This document shows positions 39,055 through 47,867 of a stretch of DNA of 64,000 nt, one piece after another. Both the position numbers and the translations under genes were made by a program. Source of the stretch: Thermodesulfovibrionia bacterium (GTDB lineage: Bacteria; Nitrospirota; Thermodesulfovibrionia; UBA6902); assembly GCA_020053105.1 (NCBI GenBank), contig JAGVNU010000076.1:8005-72004 (forward strand), written 5' to 3'. Within the stretch, counting starts at the first letter, position 1. Every line of letters begins with the position of its first letter. Under the pieces are notes generated by a model. It was given only the letters and a program-made list of their open reading frames with translations. It was not told where the DNA came from and did not search any database.

Positions 39055-39207
39055 ATGGCTGGAAAATCAAAAACCGACGTGGCTGCCAGGTCAGGGGCCA
39101 AGACTGCAGTAAAGCTCTGCAGCAACTGCGGAAACAAAATCGACGTTGTAATGTCTGTCTCCGCATCAGGGAAAAAAAGCATGAAACGTTTATGCTGCGA
39201 ACTTTAA
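39055..39207 (+). CDS. Small Lys-rich Cys-containing protein (50 aa), zinc-ribbon-like
   Basis: Found by hand. AGGAGG lies 8 nt upstream of the ATG. The sequence is MAGKSKTDVAARSGAKTAVKLCSNCGNKIDVVMSVSASGKKSMKRLCCEL, and a hairpin follows it. I recognise no family. Confidence 0.5.
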   Translation: MAGKSKTDVAARSGAKTAVKLCSNCGNKIDVVMSVSASGKKSMKRLCCEL

Positions 39208-39217
39208 TCGGATGACT

Positions 39218-39248
39218 CCTGCGGCAGTGAGACATGTCTTGCCGCAGG
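39218..39248 (+). terminator. Hairpin after the 50-aa ORF
   Basis: CCTGCGGCA-N13-TGCCGCAGG forms a 9-bp GC-rich stem. The tail GGTTTCC is only weakly U-rich. Confidence 0.4.
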
Positions 39249-39448
39249 GGTTTCCGTATGACTCATTCTTCGCCTAAATCTTCCGCAATCAACTGAAATT
39301 GTACCAACGTGTCTTGCAAGTCTGTGACTATCTCTCGTCATCCCGGAGGACGTTGCAGTAGTTCCAGAGTTTTTGTACGATTGTAGCTAAACCTTTAGTC
39401 ATTGTATTATGCCTTTCGATATCTTGTTATCAAATGGTATTATATAGC

Positions 39449-39655
39449 ATGTCAAAGAAGTCATTACTTGAAACCAACCCGTTCCTTAAAGACCCTGAGA
39501 TACGCAGGCAGATCATCGAAACTGTTACCCTTTCTTCCTCGGCTATCGAGGGGGTCCATGCGCCTGCCAGAAAAGCCATTAAAAATGTTGCCAAGGCCAA
39601 AACCGTCTTCAGCGATACACATGCTCCTGTCTCGTCCGGGAAACCACGGACCTGA
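39449..39655 (+). CDS. VbhA-like Fic antitoxin candidate
   Basis: MSKKSLLETNPFLKDPEIRRQIIETVTLSSSAIEGV... contains SSAIEG. That fits the (S/T)xxxE(G/N) Fic-inhibitory motif. Confidence 0.55.
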   Translation: MSKKSLLETNPFLKDPEIRRQIIETVTLSSSAIEGVHAPARKAIKNVAKAKTVFSDTHAPVSSGKPRT

Positions 39656-39980
39656 AAACCTTTTTCATCGCTTCATAATCTTGCCCCATGCCTGCCTGCA
39701 CAGCAGCAAAATATTCTTTTCGCTTTTTACCTTGTATGTCAGTAAAATCAAGACCCCGCAGCCCTGCCTGTAATGCCATTAAAACTGCGAGCAGTCTCCC
39801 TGCCCGTCCATTTCCTTCACGGAAGGGATGAACCAGCATTAGTTCGGTATGGACTACTGCGAGCGCGGTAACAATTTCATCGTCGCTTTCAAAGAGACAA
39901 GGGGTATATTTTTTCAACGCTCCGTTTTCAAAGTCATGCATCAGCTTTGGGACATAACGTGGATCAGAAACGCTAAACAC
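39609..39980 (-). CDS. Fic-domain protein (short; possibly N-terminally truncated)
   Basis: The canonical Fic motif HPFREGNGRAGR is present. Only about 50 residues precede it. The GTG start is the codon immediately after the priA stop and lies in the same frame. Confidence 0.6.
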   Translation of the reverse strand: MFSVSDPRYVPKLMHDFENGALKKYTPCLFESDDEIVTALAVVHTELMLVHPFREGNGRAGRLLAVLMALQAGLRGLDFTDIQGKKRKEYFAAVQAGMGQDYEAMKKVFRSVVSRTRQEHVYR

Positions 39981-41978
39981 TTACAGCATATTTATCGGGT
40001 CCACATCGATATCGATTTTCATTTCTTTAACGTCTTTTATTTTGTCCAGGATGACTGCAGCTGCCTGACGGAGCGCTTTCGCGTTTTTGCCTTTCAGAAT
40101 AATATGCCAGCGCCAGAGGTTCCTGATTTTTTCAATGGGGGCGGGAGAGGGACCGAGGATTTCGATGCCTCCTTTACTGATGTGGGACGAAGGCGGATTC
40201 ATTTTTCTTATTCTGTTTGAAATGACTTTGACTGTTTTGTCTGCACTGTCCCTGGTTTTAAAACTGAAAATAATTCTCAGCAGCCTGCTAAACGGAGGAT
40301 AAGAAAGTTCCTTTCTCAATTCTATCTCTTTTTCATAAAACCCTTTGTAATCATGGCCACGTACATAGTCAAAGACATAATGCTCCGGCTCATACGTCTG
40401 AATATATGCCCTGCCCGGCACTTCACCGCGCCCTGCCCTTCCCGCAAGCTGGGTGAAAAGTTGTAACGCCCGCTCGGCAGACCTGAAGTCCGGCATGTTG
40501 AGCGCGATGTCCGCCGATATGACCGCCGACAAAGTCACATTCGGGAAGTCATGACCTTTGGCCACCATCTGCGTTCCCAGCAGCACATCGATCTTCTTCT
40601 CTTCCATCTGTTTAATGATCCTGTAATGCGAGAGCTTTTTCTGCGTGGTGTCTTTGTCCATTCTCTTAAAGGCCAGACCGGGCATTAACGAACAGATCTC
40701 TTCCTCTGTCCTCTGAGTGCCTGTGCCAAGGTATTTTATCCTCGTCCCTTTACAGGTCGGGCACATTTCCTGAGGGTTGAGATATGAACCGCAATAATGA
40801 CAGTTCAGCGTATTTGTGTCCTTATGATAAATAAGAGTTATGCTGCAGGCCGGGCATTTGTAGGTATGGCCGCAGTCGGTACACATAAAAAAAGGCGAGT
40901 ATCCCCTTCTGTTGAGCATTATGAGCGACTGATAGTTATTGCCCAGGTTTTCTTTTAATGCATTGAGAAGTTTATTTGAAAGAGAAAATGTCTGTTTCTC
41001 TTCTTTCGTCATGTCTATAATGTCTACGCCGGGCAAGGGCCTCTGCTCTATTCGCTTCGTCAACTCAAGGTATCTGATCTTTCCGTTTTTTGCGTTGTAA
41101 TACGCTTCCATGGAGGGGGTCGCGGAGCCGAGGATAATTTTAATGCCTTCAAGCTGGGCCCTTGCAAGGGCCGTGTCCCTGGCATTGTATCTCAGACCTT
41201 CAAATTGTTTATATGACGCCTCCTGCTCTTCATCAATGACAATGAGACCCAGGTTATTAAACGGCGCGAATACAGCGCTTCTGACCCCGATAACTACCTT
41301 GACCTCCCCGTCTCTCATCTTGCGCCACTGGGTAATCCTCTCCCCGATGGACAGTCCGCTGTGATAGAAGACTACACTGTCTCCAAAATTAACGCGGAAC
41401 CTGTCGATCATCTGGGCGGTTATGGCGATCTCCGGGACAAGGACAATCGCCTCTCTGTCAGGCGGAAGCGCTTTAATCGCCCTGATATATATTTCGGTCT
41501 TGCCGCTGCCCGTTACTCCGTGAAGCAGGAAAACGCCTTTATCGGTGCTGTTTATTTCGGAGAGTGCATTGATTTGTTCAGCAGTTAAATCGAGGGCCTT
41601 CGCCTCTTTTATCTCTTCATCATAGACAATCCTGGACTTGCCGGCTTTCTTCCCGGTAAAGAAAGCTGATGGGACAGCATTTTTCAGGGCCAGGCCTGAT
41701 GCAGACATATAGTATTGACCGACCCACTGAATCAGTTTTAATAATTTTTCCGGGACAAGAGGTTCATCATCCAGGACAGAGTCGATTGATTTCAGTTTTA
41801 TTTTTTTCAGGTCTGAATTCTGAATTCTGTGTTGTGTGCTCTGAACGATCCCGACCTTCTTCCCTCTCCTGAAAGGCGCAAGCACTCGTGAACCTGCTTT
41901 TATCTTTGATTCAAGATCTTCGGGAATTAAATATGTAAACGCCTCAGCGTTTATGGGGAAAAGGATATCGGCCCGCAT
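39981..41978 (-). CDS. priA: Primosomal replication protein N' (PriA helicase)
   Basis: Walker A GVTGSGKT, DEEQE and the zinc-binding Cys cluster (CTDCGHTYKCPACS...CHYCG...CPTC) are present. I prefer the ATG at 41978 (MRADILFPINAEAFTY). Confidence 0.92.
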   Translation of the reverse strand: MRADILFPINAEAFTYLIPEDLESKIKAGSRVLAPFRRGKKVGIVQSTQHRIQNSDLKKIKLKSIDSVLDDEPLVPEKLLKLIQWVGQYYMSASGLALKNAVPSAFFTGKKAGKSRIVYDEEIKEAKALDLTAEQINALSEINSTDKGVFLLHGVTGSGKTEIYIRAIKALPPDREAIVLVPEIAITAQMIDRFRVNFGDSVVFYHSGLSIGERITQWRKMRDGEVKVVIGVRSAVFAPFNNLGLIVIDEEQEASYKQFEGLRYNARDTALARAQLEGIKIILGSATPSMEAYYNAKNGKIRYLELTKRIEQRPLPGVDIIDMTKEEKQTFSLSNKLLNALKENLGNNYQSLIMLNRRGYSPFFMCTDCGHTYKCPACSITLIYHKDTNTLNCHYCGSYLNPQEMCPTCKGTRIKYLGTGTQRTEEEICSLMPGLAFKRMDKDTTQKKLSHYRIIKQMEEKKIDVLLGTQMVAKGHDFPNVTLSAVISADIALNMPDFRSAERALQLFTQLAGRAGRGEVPGRAYIQTYEPEHYVFDYVRGHDYKGFYEKEIELRKELSYPPFSRLLRIIFSFKTRDSADKTVKVISNRIRKMNPPSSHISKGGIEILGPSPAPIEKIRNLWRWHIILKGKNAKALRQAAAVILDKIKDVKEMKIDIDVDPINML

Positions 41979-41980
41979 TA

Positions 41981-42337
41981 TTATGTGCCGACTAATTTGC
42001 TTCGGAATATGAAAAAAACAGCGCCTAAAATACAAAGCGTGGCCCACAGGTAATCTAACTTCAGGGGTTCTTTCATGTAGAAGACGGAGAATGGGACAAA
42101 GACACTTAAGGTGATGACCTCCTGCAATATCTTCAGCTGTCCTATATTGAGTACCTGGTACCCTATCCTGTTGGCAGGGACCTGAAGCAGATACTCAAAA
42201 AGCGCTATGCCCCAGCTGACCATTGCAGCGACCAGCCAGGGCTTTCCGTTTAGTTCCTTTAAATGCGCGTACCATGCAAAAGTCATAAAGACATTGCTGC
42301 AAACGAGTAACATAACAGCTTTAAATACAGGACTCAT
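41981..42337 (-). CDS. DMT-superfamily small membrane protein (DUF486-like)
   Basis: 118-aa ORF with about 4 TM segments. FMTFAWYAHLK...LQVPANRIGY is typical of DUF486. Confidence 0.7.
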   Translation of the reverse strand: MSPVFKAVMLLVCSNVFMTFAWYAHLKELNGKPWLVAAMVSWGIALFEYLLQVPANRIGYQVLNIGQLKILQEVITLSVFVPFSVFYMKEPLKLDYLWATLCILGAVFFIFRSKLVGT

Positions 42338-42565
42338 ACGTGCTTCATTATAACATAAAGGTCATGACGCATTTTATTAAATATCCCTGTCGAATTTACG
42401 CGACATAGCGGGTACCGGAGCTTTATTTCTCTGAATCAATTTATAATTAAACGATGGTTAAGCAGGATGACAAGATTATAAAAGCAAATTATAAAAGGCA
42501 AAACGCATGAGAGCTCATTTAACCTTGAAGAACTTGAACGTCTGCTCAGGTAAACTATTTTCAAA

Positions 42566-45211
42566 TTACCGGCTGTCTTGTCTCCTCTTCCACATCTTCT
42601 CTATCTCCACCGCAATGAATACCACGGATGACAGCGCGAGCGTTAAAGCCAGCTCATTCATCGTCAGGGGCTCTGTTTTAAATACAGGATTCAATGCAGG
42701 GACATATATGGTTGCCATCTGGAGACCGAGGGTCAGGGCAAAGGCCCACAGAAGAGGTTTATTTGAAAATAACCCCTGTTTAAACAAAGACTCCTTCTCT
42801 GATCTTATGGCGAGAACATGCCCCATCTGACTCAGACATAATACCGTAAACACCATAGTCTGCCAATGAGCATGACCTGTCCTGATAGACCATGCCTGTG
42901 TAAAAAGGGAGGCTGCTCCCATCAGGAGACCCACCCATACAATATGAATACCGAGTCCGTGGGCGAAAATGCTCTCCTTCGGATGTCTCGGCGGTCTCTG
43001 CATAACGCCTTTTTCAGCGGGCTCAGCAGCAAGCGCAAGCCCCGGAAGCCCGTCCGTAACCAGATTGATCCAAAGGATGTGTATAGGTAAAAGGGGAATC
43101 GGAAGCCCCAAAAAAGGCGCAAGGAATATGGTCCATATCTCGCCGGAATTGCTTGTCATGGTATATTTGATGAACTTGCGGATGTTGTCGAATATACGCC
43201 TGCCCTCCTTTACCGCCTTTACAATAGTTGCAAAATTATCATCAAGGAGAATCATATGGGACGCTTCTTTTGAGACATCAGTGCCTGTAATCCCCATAGC
43301 TACGCCTATGTCGGCCCTCTTTAATGCCGGAGCATCATTCACGCCGTCACCGGTCATTGCCACAAATTCGCCCTTGTCCTGAAGCGCCTTAACTATCTTT
43401 ATCTTCTGTTCAGGCGCGACCCGCGCATATACACGTATGTGTTCAACCTTTTCTTCAAACTCCTCCAATGATAGTTTCTCAAGCTCCCTGCCGGTAATTA
43501 TTGCCTTTGAATCATCTTCCAGAATGCCCAGCCTCTTGGCAATAGTCCTTGCCGTAATCGGATGGTCGCCGGTTATCATTACGGGCTTTATTCCGGCGGT
43601 CTTACAAATGCCGACAGCTTCTTTTGCCTCTTCCCTCGGAGGGTCCATCATACCGGTAAGACCTAGAATGGTAAGTCCGGTCTCTACTGTCCCGGGATTC
43701 ATATCATCAGGCAGGCGGTCCCAATTCCTCATGGCGATACAAAGCACCCTCAACCCGTCGGCAGCCATCCTGTCGCTGACTCTCAGGATTTTTGTTCTGT
43801 CTATTTCTTTTAAGCCCTCTGATGTCAGGATATTTTCTGATTTATCAATCAGGACCTCTATCGCGCCTTTGGTGAAGGAGATATATTCTGTCTTTTCTGA
43901 TGACTGCTTGTGGAATGTCGTCATGCACTTTCTGTCCGAGTCAAACGGAATTTCAGCTTCTCTGGGAAATACTTTTTCAAGTTCCTGTTTATTGAATCCG
44001 TTTCTGTCTGCGATATCAAAAAGCGCAGTCTCCGTGGGGTCGCCCATCAGCTTGCCTTCTTTATCCAAAACAGAATCATTGCTTAGGGCGAGAGCAGTGA
44101 AAAGCAGTGATTGGGGGCTGGTCGGGGATTGGTCTTCTTTAATGACCGCTGACCGTTGACCGCTGACCGCTAGTATTTCCCCGTCCGCATATATCTCCTC
44201 AACCGTCATTTTATTAAGCGTGAGCGTTCCCGTTTTATCTGAGCAGATGTATGTAACTGAGCCGAGTGTTTCCACTGCAGGGAGTTTTCTTATGAGCGCA
44301 TTTTGTCTTACAAGCTTCTTGGCACCGAGGGCAAGCGATATCGTTATTACCGCAGGCAGGGCTTCAGGGATCGCTGCAACCGCAAGTGAAATAGCGGTAA
44401 GGAGCATCAACAAGGCAGGCTCCCCTCTCATCAGGCCGACGCCGAAGACTATGGCACATATGACCAGGACGGCAATGGCAAGCTTCTGCCCGAAGCTTGC
44501 AAGTCTTTTCTGGAGCGGCGTCTTTACCTCTTCCTCTTCCTGCAGCATTGTTGCGATCTTTCCAAGCTCTGTTCCCATACCAGTTGCAACAACAACACCG
44601 GACCCGCGTCCATAGGTGACGAACGTGCCTTTATAAACTATGTTCTTCCTGTCCCCTATCGGCAAATGCTCATCATGCAGGGCATTGGTATGCTTTTCAA
44701 CAGCCTCAGATTCACCAGTGAGGGCCGCCTCTTCTACCTTCAATTGGGCAGACTCAGTTACCCTCATATCAGCAGGAACGATCTTCCCGGCCTCAAGTAC
44801 GATGATATCTCCAGGAACAAGCTGTGAGGCTGATACGGTTTCAGGCGCCCCGTTCCTTATTGCAGTTGCAGAATGAGCTGCCATCTTCTTAAGCGCTGCC
44901 ATCGCCTTTTCAGCCCTGTATTCCTGTACGAAGCCGATGACCGCGTTCAGAACGATAATGACAATTATTGCTATGGTATCAGACAACTCGCCGATGGACC
45001 CTGAAATAACAGCAGCAGCAATGAGGACAAGGATCATGAAGTCCTTGAACTGGTCAAGGAACATCATTAAAACGGTCTTCTTCGCCTTCTCTTTCAATTC
45101 ATTAGGGCCGTATTCTCCGAGACGCGTTGCAGCCTCTTCGGAAGAGAGACCCCGTGCTGATGACTTAAGCTCTTCAATGATGCTGTCTGAACTCTTCTGA
45201 TGCCAGTGCAT
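42566..45211 (-). CDS. P-type IIA cation ATPase (Ca2+/Mn2+-type, PacL/SERCA-like)
   Basis: 881-aa ORF with TGES, the phosphorylation site CSDKTGTLT, and MTGDGVNDAPALK. It is the last gene of an operon that begins behind a Mn2+ riboswitch. Confidence 0.9.
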   Translation of the reverse strand: MHWHQKSSDSIIEELKSSARGLSSEEAATRLGEYGPNELKEKAKKTVLMMFLDQFKDFMILVLIAAAVISGSIGELSDTIAIIVIIVLNAVIGFVQEYRAEKAMAALKKMAAHSATAIRNGAPETVSASQLVPGDIIVLEAGKIVPADMRVTESAQLKVEEAALTGESEAVEKHTNALHDEHLPIGDRKNIVYKGTFVTYGRGSGVVVATGMGTELGKIATMLQEEEEVKTPLQKRLASFGQKLAIAVLVICAIVFGVGLMRGEPALLMLLTAISLAVAAIPEALPAVITISLALGAKKLVRQNALIRKLPAVETLGSVTYICSDKTGTLTLNKMTVEEIYADGEILAVSGQRSAVIKEDQSPTSPQSLLFTALALSNDSVLDKEGKLMGDPTETALFDIADRNGFNKQELEKVFPREAEIPFDSDRKCMTTFHKQSSEKTEYISFTKGAIEVLIDKSENILTSEGLKEIDRTKILRVSDRMAADGLRVLCIAMRNWDRLPDDMNPGTVETGLTILGLTGMMDPPREEAKEAVGICKTAGIKPVMITGDHPITARTIAKRLGILEDDSKAIITGRELEKLSLEEFEEKVEHIRVYARVAPEQKIKIVKALQDKGEFVAMTGDGVNDAPALKRADIGVAMGITGTDVSKEASHMILLDDNFATIVKAVKEGRRIFDNIRKFIKYTMTSNSGEIWTIFLAPFLGLPIPLLPIHILWINLVTDGLPGLALAAEPAEKGVMQRPPRHPKESIFAHGLGIHIVWVGLLMGAASLFTQAWSIRTGHAHWQTMVFTVLCLSQMGHVLAIRSEKESLFKQGLFSNKPLLWAFALTLGLQMATIYVPALNPVFKTEPLTMNELALTLALSSVVFIAVEIEKMWKRRQDSR

Positions 45212-45232
45212 AGGTTATATGTTTCTCCTGTT

Positions 45233-45532
45233 TTATTTCCTGAATACGCTGAACAGTTTATCAAGCCCCGTCTTTTCAAGCCCTGACACTGTTTCAAGCT
45301 CTCCGGCGTCAAGCCAGATGCCGTCGCACTCGGAGCATTTGTCGATCTTTATTTGTTGATAATCGATCTCTATTAGGTCCATTCCGCACTTGGGGCATCT
45401 CATATTGTGCAGATCCTTAAGCCTCTTCTTCTCTGCGGTGGCAAGCATTTTATGCTTCTCCATCTCAAGTTTTTTAAGTCTTTCAAATTCCATTCTTGCA
45501 ACGTACTCTGCTTCTCTTTCACTCGGTCTCAT
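45233..45532 (-). CDS. TFIIB-type zinc-ribbon domain protein
   Basis: 99-aa ORF. CPKCG...IDKCSECDGIWLDAGELE is the zf-TFIIB pattern. Confidence 0.75.
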   Translation of the reverse strand: MRPSEREAEYVARMEFERLKKLEMEKHKMLATAEKKRLKDLHNMRCPKCGMDLIEIDYQQIKIDKCSECDGIWLDAGELETVSGLEKTGLDKLFSVFRK

Positions 45533-45547
45533 TGTTAATGCCTCCTT

Positions 45548-46171
45548 TTACTTTATTATGCTTTTGAGAATTGTAATAACATTCTCCCTCAATGCATCTG
45601 TGTTATGTTGAAACGGATGAAGATTCGTCATAATATTTCCGGCAATGATCAGGGTAGGGGTTTCATCAACCTTATACATCTCTGCCATTGCCAGAGCCAA
45701 CTGGACATGTTTTGACTTTTCCCCTGCCCTCAGTTTCCTGCTGAAATCAAAGCCGAGCCCTAATTTGCTGCCGATGCCTTCAAGAACATCCATATTCCCG
45801 ATGTCTTTTTTCTCGACAAAGTGCGCATTGAATAACGCGGCCTTCATCTGTTCCCCTTTGCCGGCTTCTTCTGCAAGATAATATGCCTCTCCTGGTTTTG
45901 GAGAACCCTCGCCCCAGTAAAGAGGGAATATCTTCCATTTTATCTTTTTGGGAAAGTTGCCCTTGATAACAGGCACTGATTTTTCAAAGGCATAACAACC
46001 GTCACAATAGAAGCTGAGAAATTCAATTATCTCAACGGTCTTACCGTCATATTTAAATTGATGCCCCTGTAACTGCTGATAATTCCCTTTGATGGATGTC
46101 TCCGCTCCTGCACTGATAGGCGAAAAACACATGCATATAAACATGAGAACTAATAGTACGTTCTTTAACAT
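45548..46171 (-). CDS. DsbA-like thioredoxin-domain protein, exported
   Basis: 207-aa ORF with a signal peptide. The CXXC motif is FYCDGCYAFE. Confidence 0.7.
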   Translation of the reverse strand: MLKNVLLVLMFICMCFSPISAGAETSIKGNYQQLQGHQFKYDGKTVEIIEFLSFYCDGCYAFEKSVPVIKGNFPKKIKWKIFPLYWGEGSPKPGEAYYLAEEAGKGEQMKAALFNAHFVEKKDIGNMDVLEGIGSKLGLGFDFSRKLRAGEKSKHVQLALAMAEMYKVDETPTLIIAGNIMTNLHPFQHNTDALRENVITILKSIIK

Positions 46172-46250
46172 CTGATGCCTCCTTTGTTCTAATAAATTTT
46201 ATACGTTATCTAGTCCCCTGAAAAGTATATCAAATTCAACTATATGCGTT

Positions 46251-46901
46251 TCAGGTCTTTTTTGCACTCATGCGGGACATAAAATAAATTGACATTAACA
46301 TAAATGCGGATACTGCTGTAATGACAGCAGGGCTCCAGATATCCTTCGGCATGTTTTCGTACAGACCATAGACCCCAAAGGCGATAAAGACAAGCGCAGC
46401 AAACCATTTGATGGCCCTCTCAGGGATGTGCTTGCCCATAACCATGCCAATGACTATTCCGATGGCATCCGCAATAAGCATTCCTGCTGTTGTCCCTAAC
46501 CACACATTAACTACCGTATTAAACTTGACAGCAAGCGCTACTGTTGCAAGCTGCGTCTTGTCGCCCATTTCCGCTATAAAGAAGGCGATAGCAACTGTCC
46601 AGAAAGGGCTGAAATTGAAACGCTTGTCCTCCCCTTCTAACGTATCACCCCGTATCGTCCAGAGTCCGAAAATGATAAAAGATACTGCTGCAGCTATCGT
46701 TATGTATTCCATCGGAACAATAGTCGCAAGGTATCTCCCTGCGGTCGCAGCCATCAGATGGTTTACCGCGGTTGCTGCAAAAACCGCCCACATCACGGTC
46801 TGCCAGCGATACTTGGCGGCAAAAGCCATAGCAAGAAGCTGGGTCTTATCACCCATTTCAGCCAGGACGACAAATATGAGAGATGCTATAAACGCTTTCA
46901 C
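46251..46901 (-). CDS. UPF0016 (GDT1/TMEM165/MneA-type) divalent-cation transporter
   Basis: 216-aa ORF with two E-x-G-D-K-T motifs (EMGDKTQLL and EMGDKTQLA). GTG start. Confidence 0.85.
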   Translation of the reverse strand: MKAFIASLIFVVLAEMGDKTQLLAMAFAAKYRWQTVMWAVFAATAVNHLMAATAGRYLATIVPMEYITIAAAVSFIIFGLWTIRGDTLEGEDKRFNFSPFWTVAIAFFIAEMGDKTQLATVALAVKFNTVVNVWLGTTAGMLIADAIGIVIGMVMGKHIPERAIKWFAALVFIAFGVYGLYENMPKDIWSPAVITAVSAFMLMSIYFMSRMSAKKT

Positions 46902-46943
46902 AAATCAATACTGCAGGTATCTTCCATTTCTATTTTCCGTGAG

Positions 46944-47792
46944 CTATGACCCTGACCTCATCGACTCCAGTCTCGCGATCCTCTCCTCCATCGGCGGATG
47001 CGTGCTGAAGAGCTTTATTATCCCTCCGCCCGTGAGTGGATTAACAATAAACATGTGCGACGTTGCAGGATTTGCGTTCATCGGTATCTGTTTAGAAGCC
47101 ATGTGGAGTTTCTTCAGGGCGCTGGAAAGATGCAACGGATTGCCGGCTATCCTGGCCCCACCCGCGTCCGCGCCGTATTCCCTTGAACGGGAGATCGCCA
47201 TCTGTACGAGCATGGCCGCAATAGGCCCTACGATCATCATAACCAGCGAAGCTATTGGACTGCCGCCTTCGTCATCATCACTTCTTCCGCCTCCGAATAT
47301 CATGGCCCACTGCGCCATTTGAGCAAGATAACTTATAGCGCCCGCGATGGCGGCGGCAACAGTGCTCACAAGAATGTCCCTATGTTTAATATGCGCCAGT
47401 TCATGCGCGAGAACACCTTCAAGCTCTTCCCTTGTAAGTATCTTCATAATGCCGGTGGTAACGGCAACAACGCCATGCTCCGGGTTTCTCCCTGTTGCAA
47501 AGGCATTGGGCTGGTCCTGTTCCATGATGTAAACTTTCGGCATCGGAAGCTGTGCCCTCTGAGAAAGCCTTCTGACCATATTGTAAAGTTCAGGCGCTTC
47601 AGACTCGTTTACCGGTTTCGCTTTATACATCTTCAGAACAATCTTGTCACTGAACCAGTAAGTGATAAAGTTTATGCCGAAGGCCATGATCAGGGCAAAC
47701 GTCATCCCCGATTTACCGCCGAGAAGTCCTCCTATGAACACCAGCATAAGTGTTAAAGTGACCATCAGGGCCATTGTTTTAAGTCCGTTCAT
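46944..47792 (-). CDS. htpX: Zinc metalloprotease HtpX
   Basis: 282-aa ORF with N-terminal TM helices and the [10 protein letters not shown] zinc motif. AGGAGG lies upstream. Confidence 0.9.
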   Translation of the reverse strand: MNGLKTMALMVTLTLMLVFIGGLLGGKSGMTFALIMAFGINFITYWFSDKIVLKMYKAKPVNESEAPELYNMVRRLSQRAQLPMPKVYIMEQDQPNAFATGRNPEHGVVAVTTGIMKILTREELEGVLAHELAHIKHRDILVSTVAAAIAGAISYLAQMAQWAMIFGGGRSDDDEGGSPIASLVMMIVGPIAAMLVQMAISRSREYGADAGGARIAGNPLHLSSALKKLHMASKQIPMNANPATSHMFIVNPLTGGGIIKLFSTHPPMEERIARLESMRSGS

Positions 47793-47814
47793 TTTAATAC
47801 CTCCTGTTTTACTT

Positions 47815-47867
47815 TTAACTTAAAAGACCTTTACCGTGACAAGAACAATTGTCACGGTAAAGGTCTT
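47815..47867 (-). terminator. Riboswitch expression platform: 19-bp perfect hairpin + short U tract in the htpX leader
   Basis: AAGACCTTTACCGTGACAA-gaacaa-TTGTCACGGTAAAGGTCTT spans 47824-47867. On the minus strand it is followed by UUAAGUU, then the Shine-Dalgarno and the AUG. Its 5' arm includes the 3' strand of the riboswitch P1 helix. Confidence 0.7.

Noticed and set aside
35923-39207. A RiPP biosynthetic cluster, meaning small Cys peptides plus two radical SAM enzymes.
   Set aside because: The enzyme nearest the peptides looks like the DNA-repair-type radical SAM with a helix-hairpin-helix domain. There is no peptidase, transporter or RRE-type domain. The peptides are divergent rather than co-transcribed. 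I keep this only as a weak alternative.
38910-39215. The 101-aa plus-strand ORF (TTG start).
   Set aside because: It is Arg/Lys/Cys-rich and reads through two better-supported small ORFs in other frames. It has no Shine-Dalgarno.
39981-39983. A PriA-Fic fusion by read-through of the priA TAA, since the fic ORF is in frame and contiguous.
   Set aside because: The PriA C-terminus is complete (..DIDVDPINML). TAA is the least leaky stop codon. No read-through context is evident. Chance juxtaposition after a rearrangement is more likely.
43437-44159. The 240-aa plus-strand ORF, and similar ones at 42969-43382 and 44220-44615.
   Set aside because: They are antisense to the P-type ATPase, which has all its catalytic motifs in the minus frame.
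46408-47322. The 304-aa plus-strand ORF.
   Set aside because: It is antisense to the UPF0016 and htpX genes and crosses their intergenic gap. It has no motif and is a shadow ORF in GC-richer DNA.
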